DNA of 24,473 nucleotides from Tepidisphaerales bacterium (GTDB lineage: Bacteria > Planctomycetota > Phycisphaerae > Tepidisphaerales > Tepidisphaeraceae): NCBI GenBank assembly GCA_038318605.1, contig JBBQCK010000001.1, positions 1-24,473 on the forward strand, read 5' to 3'. Of this stretch, positions 1 to 9,893 are shown in pieces. A program made the translations under genes and the position numbers. Each line of letters opens with the position of its first letter. Within the stretch, counting starts at the first letter, position 1. The notes beneath the pieces were generated by a model. That model made no database searches, had not been told where the DNA came from, and saw only the letters and a list, made by a program, of their open reading frames with translations.

Positions 1-1359
<1,359 letters not shown>

Positions 1360-1379
1360 CCTTCGCGGATCAACAAATG

Positions 1380-1420
1380 AAGGCGGGACGAATCACCCAA
1401 TTCGTCCCGCCTTATTTTAT
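1380..1420 (+). terminator. Intrinsic terminator after rpoD
   Basis: Perfect 14-bp stem AAGGCGGGACGAAT (1380-1393) / ATTCGTCCCGCCTT (1400-1413), 6-nt loop, followed by ATTTTAT; lies between convergent genes. Confidence 0.85.
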
Positions 1421-1541
1421 ATATAACGCGCCTCGCAGGGGTCTCTCCGCAAGGCCTACCGTGACAAATGGAGGGATGCATTGAGGAAACCATCCGCCGA
1501 ATTACTAATTCTGGCCTCGCCCATCCGCACCCGCCCGTCCC

Positions 1542-2840
1542 CTATCGCCCCGACTTCAAAATCAACACTACAACCAGAACAATGTTCACCAACACCGAAG
1601 CCCCCAGCGCCGAAATCATGGTGATGCCAAACCACGGCTGCTGCATGATCGGCAGCGCTGGCTTGATCGCCTCGCCACCTCCCACTGGCACGAGATCGAC
1701 GGTTTTTCCACCCTCCTCCACCGACGCCAGCTTGTCCAGATCAACATTCCGCCGCGCGTGCGTCGGCGCCTCGCCGCGCTTCAGCGCCAGCAGATCCTCC
1801 AACATGTCCTGCGTCGATGCATACCGCTCATCGCGGTTTTTCGCCATCGCCACTTCAATCACTTCACTGATCCCCGCCGACAACGTCGTCACAATATGAT
1901 CCGGAGGCGTCAACGGATCGCGCAAATGCTTATGCATCACCGCCGTCGGTGTTTCCGCCTCAAAAGGCGGCCGGCCCGTCACAAGGTGATACATCGTCGC
2001 GCCCAACGAATAGATGTCCGCCCGGAAATCGATGTTCACATCCCCGCGAATCTGCTCCGGACTGATGTAATACGGCGTGCCGTATGCCTTGCCCGCCTCG
2101 CTCTCCGCCGCCTCCTTGTCATCCTGCGCACGGGCAAGCCCCAGATCTGTCAGCTTCGCCACACCGGCCGGCGTAAGAATAATGTTCTTAGGCTTCACGT
2201 CGCGATGAATCAGCCCGCGCTCGTGTGCATGCGCCAGCGCATCGCAGATCTGCGCCGTCACGTCCAGCGCTTCCGCCTCGGTAATCGCTCGCCCCTGGCC
2301 CACCGGCGGCGGCTGCATCACGTCATACAGCGTCAGCCCCTCAATGTACTCCATCACGAAAAAGTGATAGCCATCCGGCGTCGATGCCACATCAATCGCC
2401 TGCACGATGTTGTTGTGCGATAGCCGGGCGGCCGCCTGGCCTTCCTTGTAAAATCGGCTGACAAACTCCGGGTTGTCACTCATCCGCCGCGGAAGCACCT
2501 TGATCGCGACAATGCGATCGAGCGAAATCTGTTTCGCCTTGTAAACCGTCGCCATCGCCCCCTTGCCGAGCTTGCCCAACAACCGGTAGCCCGGAATCTG
2601 CGTGCTCGATCGCCGCTCGTCCATAGTCTGGCGAATGCGCTTCGCTTGGTTGACTGTAATGAACTCGTGATCCACCAGCAGATCGGTGATCGATCGCCCC
2701 GACGGATCGGATGATTGCTTCTGCTGCTCGCGGCAAAAGTCGAGCTCAGTGCGCGTGGCAAAGCCCATCTCCACAACCGCCTTGGCGATCTCAGAGTCGA
2801 GATTGGCTACGGAACTGCTGAGTTGACTGTCGCCGGCCAT
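1542..2840 (-). CDS. Hanks-type Ser/Thr protein kinase with an N-terminal helical domain and a C-terminal transmembrane helix (~432 aa)
   Basis: LGKGAMATVY, VAIK, HRDVKPKN, DLG (DFG position), GTPYYISPEQ, DIYSLG; hydrophobic C-terminus. Start reassigned to ATG 2840 (MAGDSQ), downstream of the predicted promoter. Confidence 0.92.
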   Translation of the reverse strand: MAGDSQLSSSVANLDSEIAKAVVEMGFATRTELDFCREQQKQSSDPSGRSITDLLVDHEFITVNQAKRIRQTMDERRSSTQIPGYRLLGKLGKGAMATVYKAKQISLDRIVAIKVLPRRMSDNPEFVSRFYKEGQAAARLSHNNIVQAIDVASTPDGYHFFVMEYIEGLTLYDVMQPPPVGQGRAITEAEALDVTAQICDALAHAHERGLIHRDVKPKNIILTPAGVAKLTDLGLARAQDDKEAAESEAGKAYGTPYYISPEQIRGDVNIDFRADIYSLGATMYHLVTGRPPFEAETPTAVMHKHLRDPLTPPDHIVTTLSAGISEVIEVAMAKNRDERYASTQDMLEDLLALKRGEAPTHARRNVDLDKLASVEEGGKTVDLVPVGGGEAIKPALPIMQQPWFGITMISALGASVLVNIVLVVVLILKSGR

Positions 2841-2933
2841 GTCGATCCGCAAGAAGAGCTGCGGTCCTTTTGGGCGTTCGCTCGCCCCCGGGCTCGTTCC
2901 AACGCCCAAGCGCGATGCATTCGGCCCGGGAGT

Positions 2934-2962
2934 ACACTATGAATCCACCACGAACGTGTCAA
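2934..2962 (-). promoter_or_regulatory. Sigma70-type promoter for the kinase gene
   Basis: Minus strand TTGACA (2962-2957), 17-nt spacer, TAGTGT (2939-2934). Confidence 0.65.
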
Positions 2963-3225
2963 GAATTTTGATGGAAACCGACATTTTTGACATTTTGCCC
3001 ACCCTGCCCAGTCCGCAAATAACGCCCCCGCCGTCAGTTTTTTGACAGCTGCGTCACCACCGCGTCAAATCAACGCTCTGGCCTTTGACGCAGGATGCGG
3101 GCCAATTCGAAGGACACGCCCTATCGTCGATGACTAGCGGTAGTCACCGCCGACGCCAAGCAAAAGTCACACGCGAACCATATCTCGAATCGAAATTCCG
3201 CCGCGGCAGACCGCTGGCTGCGTGT

Positions 3226-6200
3226 TTAAACCTCCGCCGCCGGCGTCACCGGCAATTCATCCGGCGGTATTTCGCTGCTCAAAAACTCCTCCACCGCGTG
3301 CGACAGCCGCTCTTCCGCGCCGGCCGGGTCGCGGAAATAGTGCGGCGACCAGATGCGATGCAGCGCCCAGCCCTGGGATTTATGAACTTCCGTTCGGAAC
3401 AAATCCCATTCGACCGGATCTTCCGCGCCCGCGAATCGTGAGGCATCACACAGCACGCCAAGCGTCACATCCGCCGGGCGGGTCGGGTGGCGCAAGGCGA
3501 TATCAATGCAGAAGCCGGCGTTGCCCCAGTTCACCTGATTGGCCACCCCATGCACATCCGCAAGCCGCCGCCCGAGCGCCGCGGCGAACGGCGAGGCGCT
3601 CGCCGGCTCGTTTACATCGCACCGCGCCGCCGGCATCCCGGCCGAGCGCTCCAGAATCTCATGGCCCCGCTCGTATGCCGCGCCAAGAGACTCCGCGAAT
3701 TGCAGATAGCTGAACAGCAGCCAAGCGCCCGTCGGCACACCACCCGGCGGCACCGGCGGCAGCGAGCGATAAACCCCCGGCGGAATCGATGTCACCAGAT
3801 GCACCTCCTCGCGGGCCCGCGTCACCAGCACGTTCAATCGCCGCCCACCGCCGGCCGACGCAAGCGGACCAAACCTTCGGTAAAATTTCCCGCGCGCATC
3901 CGGCCCATACGTCGTTGAGATGATGATGTGATCGCGCTCGTCTCCCTGTACGTTCTCCAGATTCTTGACGATCAATCCCTCGAATGATCCGCGCCCTACC
4001 CGGGTGCGCGCCTCGGCAAATCGCCGGGCAAACTCGTTATCTTCCTCAACAAGATCATCGAGCTTTTCCAAAATCAGATCGCGCTGGACCACATTGAAGC
4101 ACGCGATTCCGATCGATGGCGGCGATGCGCGCTTCAACAGATCGCGCACAATCTGACACACCCGATCCGCCTCGGCCGGATTGGCGCTTTTTTCATACAC
4201 GCCATCGGCATGGTCGATCGTCAGCGGTGCAAACCGCGCCCGATGTTTGGGATGTCCCGGAATTGCCTGAAGCCGCGACCCATAAAAGTTCTGGTTGCTG
4301 AATTCGATCAAATCCGCGTTGCGGCTGCGGTAATGCACATCGAGATATGATTCCTGAATTTCCATATTCAGCGAGGCCGACAGAAGATCTTCCGTTTCGG
4401 ATTGCTGAAGCTCGAACAACTCCTGATCGCTCTCGATCTCCCGGTCATTGCTCGCCACCGCCGCAGATTCAAAAAATCGCGTCGGCGGAAGTTGCTTCTG
4501 ATCCCCGGCCACCACTACCCGCCGCGCCCGCGTCAGCACCGGCAGCGCCTCTTCCAGACGGCATTGCGATGCCTCGTCAAAAATCACAACGTCGAACAAC
4601 ATCGCGCGCGGAAAAATCTGCGCGACAGTTTCCGGGCTTGCCATCCAGATCGGCCGAAGGTCAAACAGCGGATCGCCCTCTTCAGTCTTCCCGCCCAGCT
4701 CGATCACCTTCCTCAGTCGCATCGCCTTGGTGCCGTGCAGCATGAACCGGCGCTTGACGTCTGCCCCAATCGAGTTAAGCCGCGAACCCGTGGCCGCGAG
4801 AAGCCTCTCTTTCTGCCGGCCGACCCACCGATGCAGGATCGCGTCGCGAATCAGCGCCCGCTTGGCCAGCGACAATTCGCTGAATCGATCGAACGCCTCC
4901 TGAATGTGATGCGCATCGATGGCCTGAAGGTCTGGCGCCGCCTGCAAACGCCGCGCAATCTCTCCCGCCAACACTGATTTCTTAACCACCGCCAGTGCAA
5001 TATGCGGGTCGATCCGGCCATCAATCATCGCCCTGGCCGCCCCCGTCAACGGCGCCGGCAGCGCCTCCAGCGCGTGCGCAACGCGGATCACGCCCTCCAG
5101 CGTCTCGATCGACTCCGCCATCGCCGACGACTCACGCGCGATGGCGCGGTTGGCGAGCAAAGCATCGTTGAAGTCCGCGATCCCCTTCGCCGACACGACG
5201 CCCGTTGAATGCCACGCACCAATCGCCGCCGCGATTGCTTCCGCTCGCGCCGCGGATTTTTTAAGACCGCCAATCAGCTTCGCCGCGTGTGCGCTATCGG
5301 TCATTGCCTGCAACACACCATCACGCAGGCCTGCCATGGCCGGATCGATGTAAACATTCGACAATGCTTTAACGATCACCCCGTGCGAGGTCAGCCCCTC
5401 CTCAAGGGCCTCATCCGCGATCGGACCGGCCGGCGCAGGCTGACGCGACACATCGCTGTAAATCTGTGTAAGAATCAGTCGCTCGCGAAGCTGCTGCAAA
5501 AATGCCCTGAGCCTTTCAGCATCGTCCGCGCCCAACGTCAACCCATATTGCGTCATGACATCCGACGCCAATGCCTTCTGCTTGAAGTGAATAAAAGCAT
5601 GCCACTTGCGCGCGAATCGCAGATAGGCATCGAGCGTGGAAATCTGCCGCGCAACGGCCGCGATCGTCGGCCCGGCGGCGCGCGCCGCGATGGCCAGATC
5701 GGTGTCCAATCGCTTTTGCCGAAGTCGCTGAAGCATCGGCTCGGCATCGGCGATCTGCTGGCGGCCCGTCGCAATCGACCTCGCGTCGCGCTGCGACCAG
5801 GCCTGGCGTAGGTCCGTCGATGCGCCAGCCATCGCCTTCTCAAGTAGCGACGCCATGTGCAAGCGCGCCTCCCCTTGCGCCGCGGCCGGTATTTCCCGCA
5901 AAAATGGTGGTATCGATTCATCCAGCGTCGCGTCGGCCGCAATTGCGCTTGCCGCAGCCGCGGCTGTCGCGCTGCGAACATCGGCCATCGACCGCTGCAA
6001 AAATTCCGCCAGCGTCACACCTGTTCTCGATGCCCACGGATTGACCGCAAAATCCACGCTCAGCGCCCGCCGAAGCAATTCCCCCATCGCGGCCGTCTGA
6101 CTCTCAAATTGCGCCGGCGAAATCGTCGCCAGATCCGCTTTGGGCTGAAGAGCCGGCTCCGGCAGATCGAGCCAGTCGCCAATTAATTCGTGCACCGACG

Positions 6201-8160
6201 GCGTGTGATCGTCCGGCCGATCCATCAGTGCCGCACGATGCCGCGTTAACTCGCCATGCAGTTCCACCAGCTCCGTATCGAGCTTCTGCAGCTTCTTTCC
6301 CGCCGCCGGATGCGCCCGCTGATCGGCCAGTTCGTCAATCTGCGTCCGCACCGATTTGTAAAAGTTCCGCTGATCGCGCTGCGGGTCGTGTACCACTGCG
6401 CACAGCGACTCCAGACCAAGATGCTCGAGCCGATGGTAAACCACATCGAGCGCCGTGCGCTTGTCGCACACCATCAAGACCCGCTCTCCGCGCGCAAGAT
6501 GATCGCCGATCACGTTGGTGATCGTCTGGCTTTTTCCCGTGCCCGGCGGGCCATGGATAACCAGCCCCCGGCAGGTCCGCGCCAGCCGAACCGCCCGCGC
6601 CTGACACGGGTCGGCCACGCTGATGAGGCGCTCCTCGTGGAAATCCCGCTTTGTCTCTGCCGCTGCCGCAGGCTCGGCAACACAACCCCCAAGCCCCAGC
6701 CCGACCTTCACAAAACTCTGCGCCGGCTCGGCCAGCGCCTCCCCCGCCACCAGCGCTTTTGTGTCGCGGATCAGCGCCTGATTCGCCATCGGATAAAGCC
6801 CCAGCACCGCCGAATTCAAAATCGCCGGCGCATTTTCATCTTCAGCGCGTGGCGCCGGCTTCAGCGCAAAACCCTCCCGCGCCGGCGCCCAGTTTTCGCC
6901 GTCCGCCGGCGCAAAAAGCGCCGGCGCCGCAACGCCAACCGCCCGCGCGACATGCTTGACCAGACAGGCAATTTCGCGCCAGGGCTGCTCCCCCTCAATG
7001 TCCGCAAAAAACTCTTCCTGCTCCGCCTTCTGTTGCTGCTCCAGCCACGCCAGCAAGGCGTCGTTGGGCACGATGCGATCGGCGCCCTCGCCGCGGCACG
7101 TGATCGATACGCTCGGCTTCGCGCCGCGCACGACGGTGACATCAACCGGAATAAAAGCGATCGGCGCGAGAATGCGCCGCTTGCTCCCGCCCCCCGCACC
7201 GCCCGCCGGGATGCTCAACAATGGAAACCCAATGCTGAGCACATGAACGCCCGTGTCCTGCTCGTATGTGCGTGCATCTTCGACGATGTTCCGTGCCTTG
7301 GTGAAGATGGATTGCTGTTCGATCCACGCGCGCTGCGGATCATCCCTGACCGGCAAGGCGTGGCCTCTGTCCGGCGCAGCTTTGCTCGGCGCCTCCGTCG
7401 GCGTGCCGCCCTGGCTGTAGCCGTGATCGCCACCCTCGTTGTCTCCCAACCCGGCATCGGCGATGCCCGAATTGCCACGCGGGTCGCCCCGTATCTCGAT
7501 CGCTTTCTCTGCTGGAGCTTCAACCAGATTCCCGGCCGTCGGCTCGATGTCATGCGCCGTTGCTGCGGCACCAGCGCGTTCCGGTTCAATCGCCGTTTCG
7601 CCGCTCTTTTCCCCCGGCACCATCGCTGCGCCGCCCTCAACTTCAATCTCGGCAGGCCGTGTGTCGGCCGGCGCGGCCTGTGCAGGCGCGTCCCCGCCCG
7701 GCGCGGCTTGTGCTGGTGCGTCCCCGCCCAGCGCGGCCTGTGCACGCGCGACTTCGGAAGGTGCAACTTCCGCCGAAGCGCGCTCGCCAACCGCAATGTC
7801 TTCTGTTATTTCCGACCCAAACCCGTCCCCGTCGGCCAATTGCGCGCCCCCAGCGCCATCCACGGGCGCATCGGCCGGCCCATCGCAGCTCGGTCGCGCG
7901 GCCGATTGTTCCGCCTCTGATTCGCCGTCCCCCTTGGGCGGCGGCGCCGTCACCCGGCCAACGATCGTCGCCTTCCCCTCATCCGACAGCAGCGCCTCCA
8001 GAATGGCCGTCGGCTCGATGTCTCGCAGTTTCGCCAGCGCCGTAAGATCGATGCGCTGCCGGCTAGCGTGAGGCCGGCAATTCAGCCCCGGCCCATTCAA
8101 TAGTCCCGCCAGCAGTCGATCGAGCAGTATTTCCAATACGTTTTGTCCAGAGTCGGCCAT
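3226..8160 (-). CDS. DUF4011-like / SF1 (Upf1/DNA2-type) helicase / Vsr-like (MTES_1575/DUF559-type) fusion, Hhe-like architecture (~1644 aa)
   Basis: Walker A HGPPGTGKSQT, DEASQ, GDQKQLPPT, HYRSRN, ENVQGDERD, RRLNVLVTRAR; DUF4011-like VLSIGFP..APIAFIPV..PNDALL..LGLYP; C-terminal SPF..GFCIDIA..LCD..GW..RIWS. Start ATG 8160 has SD AGGAG 5 nt upstream. Confidence 0.85.
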   Translation of the reverse strand: MADSGQNVLEILLDRLLAGLLNGPGLNCRPHASRQRIDLTALAKLRDIEPTAILEALLSDEGKATIVGRVTAPPPKGDGESEAEQSAARPSCDGPADAPVDGAGGAQLADGDGFGSEITEDIAVGERASAEVAPSEVARAQAALGGDAPAQAAPGGDAPAQAAPADTRPAEIEVEGGAAMVPGEKSGETAIEPERAGAAATAHDIEPTAGNLVEAPAEKAIEIRGDPRGNSGIADAGLGDNEGGDHGYSQGGTPTEAPSKAAPDRGHALPVRDDPQRAWIEQQSIFTKARNIVEDARTYEQDTGVHVLSIGFPLLSIPAGGAGGGSKRRILAPIAFIPVDVTVVRGAKPSVSITCRGEGADRIVPNDALLAWLEQQQKAEQEEFFADIEGEQPWREIACLVKHVARAVGVAAPALFAPADGENWAPAREGFALKPAPRAEDENAPAILNSAVLGLYPMANQALIRDTKALVAGEALAEPAQSFVKVGLGLGGCVAEPAAAAETKRDFHEERLISVADPCQARAVRLARTCRGLVIHGPPGTGKSQTITNVIGDHLARGERVLMVCDKRTALDVVYHRLEHLGLESLCAVVHDPQRDQRNFYKSVRTQIDELADQRAHPAAGKKLQKLDTELVELHGELTRHRAALMDRPDDHTPSVHELIGDWLDLPEPALQPKADLATISPAQFESQTAAMGELLRRALSVDFAVNPWASRTGVTLAEFLQRSMADVRSATAAAAASAIAADATLDESIPPFLREIPAAAQGEARLHMASLLEKAMAGASTDLRQAWSQRDARSIATGRQQIADAEPMLQRLRQKRLDTDLAIAARAAGPTIAAVARQISTLDAYLRFARKWHAFIHFKQKALASDVMTQYGLTLGADDAERLRAFLQQLRERLILTQIYSDVSRQPAPAGPIADEALEEGLTSHGVIVKALSNVYIDPAMAGLRDGVLQAMTDSAHAAKLIGGLKKSAARAEAIAAAIGAWHSTGVVSAKGIADFNDALLANRAIARESSAMAESIETLEGVIRVAHALEALPAPLTGAARAMIDGRIDPHIALAVVKKSVLAGEIARRLQAAPDLQAIDAHHIQEAFDRFSELSLAKRALIRDAILHRWVGRQKERLLAATGSRLNSIGADVKRRFMLHGTKAMRLRKVIELGGKTEEGDPLFDLRPIWMASPETVAQIFPRAMLFDVVIFDEASQCRLEEALPVLTRARRVVVAGDQKQLPPTRFFESAAVASNDREIESDQELFELQQSETEDLLSASLNMEIQESYLDVHYRSRNADLIEFSNQNFYGSRLQAIPGHPKHRARFAPLTIDHADGVYEKSANPAEADRVCQIVRDLLKRASPPSIGIACFNVVQRDLILEKLDDLVEEDNEFARRFAEARTRVGRGSFEGLIVKNLENVQGDERDHIIISTTYGPDARGKFYRRFGPLASAGGGRRLNVLVTRAREEVHLVTSIPPGVYRSLPPVPPGGVPTGAWLLFSYLQFAESLGAAYERGHEILERSAGMPAARCDVNEPASASPFAAALGRRLADVHGVANQVNWGNAGFCIDIALRHPTRPADVTLGVLCDASRFAGAEDPVEWDLFRTEVHKSQGWALHRIWSPHYFRDPAGAEERLSHAVEEFLSSEIPPDELPVTPAAEV
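7671..7750. repeat. 30-nt tandem repeat (~2.7 copies) inside the helicase gene, encoding AQAA(L/P)GGDAP
   Basis: Units start at 7671, 7701 and 7731: GCGCGGC(C/T)TGTGC(A/T)GG(C/T)GCGTCCCCGCCC(G/A). Confidence 0.9.
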
Positions 8161-8290
8161 CACTTCTCCTGGGTCTGAACCTTTTGCGCGACGCGCCATC
8201 CTACCGCCACGCCCACCGGCCGCTACCAGCCGGCCGACCAGTAGCAGCCAGGATTCATTACGCCAGCAAAACCCCGACACTGACACCGCA

Positions 8291-8381
8291 TCGCCAGCCG
8301 CCGACCATTACCCGCCAATCGCCAACGGCGTATCGAAAGCCACCCGTCGCCAACTGCCCCTGACCAGACACCCATCGCCAT
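8291..8381. repeat. Degenerate in-phase heptamer tract (consensus YCGCCAA)
   Basis: TCGCCAG 8291, CCGCCGA 8298, CCGCCAA 8312, TCGCCAA 8319, TCGCCAA 8347, TCGCCAT 8375, all at multiples of 7; TCGCCA recurs every 28 nt. Confidence 0.65.
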
Positions 8382-8401
8382 CGAACAATCCCGAATAGGA
8401 T

Positions 8402-8430
8402 TTGACTTTGACTGGCAGGCATAACAGAAT
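8402..8430 (+). promoter_or_regulatory. Possible sigma70 promoter for tRNA-His
   Basis: TTGACT (8402-8407), 17 nt, CAGAAT (8425-8430); a second TTGACT at 8408. Confidence 0.4.
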
Positions 8431-8494
8431 AATTACACCGGAACCCTTCAAAGCGGCGAGGCAAACCCTCGGCCGCGCGGTTCACGGTACAAGT

Positions 8495-8568
8495 GGTGGT
8501 CGTAGCTCAGTTGGTAGAGCACAAGGTTGTGGTCCTTGGGGTCGCGGGTTCGAGCCCCGTCGATCACC
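8495..8568 (+). tRNA. tRNA-His (GTG), with G-1, CCA not encoded
   Basis: Acceptor stem GTGGTCG/CGATCAC, D-arm GCTC/GAGC, anticodon stem CAAGG/CCTTG with loop TTGTGGT (GTG at 8529-8531), T-loop TTCGAGC, G-1 at 8495, discriminator C8568. Confidence 0.97.
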
Positions 8569-8843
8569 CTGATTTTTATAACAGAGCGCAAAGTCGCCTC
8601 TGCGCTTCGGAACCGGCGAATGCAGCGCAATTCGGCAAGAACGCAATCGTTCTACGTGTCGCAAGACAGACTCATTCGGTCAGCATTTTTTTGCAAAGTG
8701 TTCAATGTGGAACATGTTCCTTGCAATCAGCTTTAAAGTAGACGCATGCGGACGAAATTGTCCACCCCTCTTGTGGATTCCGCCGAGCGTAACGCGGCCG
8801 GTGATCGCTGAATGGTCAAACGGTATGTGGGAGTCGATCAGTC

Positions 8844-9098
8844 ACCGGCCCCAAGTTCCGCCTCCGCGTCGAAGCATTGGCCGAGGCGTTCACGAGCATG
8901 AACGAAGACCTCTTCAAAGAGAAAAAGGCCGTGCTCAAGCAATGCGCCAAACGCGAAGAACAAATCAACCGCATGATGGAAGCCACCGTCGGCATGTACG
9001 GCGAGTTGCAGGGGATCGCGGGGAAGACGTTGGGGGAGATTGAGGGGTTGGGGATGAGAAAGGAAACAGTGTCTGCGCCGCTATTGGCGAGCACTTAG
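8844..9098 (+). pseudogene. 3' remnant of a DUF2130-like gene
   Basis: TGPKFRLRVEALAEAFTSMNEDLFKEKKAVLKQCAKREEQINRMMEATVGMYGELQGIAGKTLGEIEGL resembles the C-terminus of DUF2130 proteins as I recall them; upstream in-frame codons lose similarity and no plausible 5' part is present. Confidence 0.7.
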
Positions 9099-9193
9099 GA
9101 ATGGGGAATGGTACTGGTTTGTGTCGACAAGATGTCCCCCGCTGGTGTCCGCATCGTACGTGGGGATATTCAGCCCACGCGACAACCCTGAGA

Positions 9194-9889
9194 CTACGAA
9201 CGGGAATCATCGAGTAATTGAAACATCGCGTAGGCTTGATGCTGCCTAGATCGTGGGCGGCTTGTTCGCGGCGCTCGGCAAAGCGAGAAATCGCGTGTCT
9301 GGGGATCGAAGGTTGAAAGTCCGATTCCCCAGCGCCTCAATGCGACAGCGTATTTATCATACAGCCTCGCTTGTGACGGTGGGACGACGATCAACACTTG
9401 CTGGGCGAATGAGCGGGCCTGCTGCGCTTGGAACAATGCCCGGCGAGGGCGGTCAAGCTTTAATTCAATTGCGATGACTTCAATTTCGCGTAGCGACCGC
9501 TTGGCATTGATGGAATATGCACCGCTGGAACTACGTTTTACATACTTGTGAATGAGAAGTTCGGATAGTGCGGATTCCACGCTTCGAACTGAAAGCCCAC
9601 TATGCCGCGCAAGAAATTCGGGCGTCCGCATCGCATTCTCATGCAGCAAGGAGAAGACGAGCGACCCCGCAAGCTTCACACTGATCGTGTTACCGTTGAG
9701 GAACTTTTTCTGCGTGCGGGCCAAAGCGATGAAATCAGGACGACCTTGCTGACAATCAATCTCTCGGAAAACGCGCGAGAATCTGCCGATGCCGGGAATC
9801 CCGCGCTCGACCTCCATAAACGTCTGGAACGCATTTGCCATTTCTTCTTCGGTGTAAGCGAAGCGACGTTTTGTTGTTGCGTTCAGCAT
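9194..9889 (-). CDS. PD-(D/E)xK nuclease-fold protein with an inserted winged-helix (231 aa); gene 3 of kinase operon
   Basis: E (EEEM) ... FREIDCQQGRPDFIA ... HTH-like PEFLARHSGLSVRSVESALSELLIHKYV ... IAIELKL ... RALFQAQQARSFAQQVLIVVP; starts 4 nt after the upstream stop. Confidence 0.7.
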   Translation of the reverse strand: MLNATTKRRFAYTEEEMANAFQTFMEVERGIPGIGRFSRVFREIDCQQGRPDFIALARTQKKFLNGNTISVKLAGSLVFSLLHENAMRTPEFLARHSGLSVRSVESALSELLIHKYVKRSSSGAYSINAKRSLREIEVIAIELKLDRPRRALFQAQQARSFAQQVLIVVPPSQARLYDKYAVALRRWGIGLSTFDPQTRDFSLCRAPRTSRPRSRQHQAYAMFQLLDDSRS

Positions 9890-9893
9890 CTAT

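Noticed and set aside
1758-2423. 221-aa plus-strand ORF, and 138-572 on the minus strand
   Set aside because: Antisense shadows of the kinase and rpoD.
6256-7920. 554-aa plus-strand ORF (also 3487-3918, 4402-4977, 5209-5811)
   Set aside because: Antisense shadows of the helicase gene; Arg-rich, no motifs, expected with high GC3 codon bias.
1542-8160. Kinase + helicase as a Mokosh-like pair
   Set aside because: Separated by 385 nt, the kinase has its own promoter and a typical membrane-kinase layout, and no PLD domain is seen.
8550-8568. attL/attR direct repeat and integrase for the island
   Set aside because: No second copy of the tRNA 3' end found by eye (the CGATCACCC in rpoD near 818 is coincidental) and no recombinase ORF, so no intact mobile element is called.
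8568-8571. tRNA lacks encoded CCA
   Set aside because: Common in bacteria with a CCA-adding enzyme; not unusual.
8448-8741. Short ORFs overlapping 8495-8568
   Set aside because: The region is a well-formed tRNA-His.
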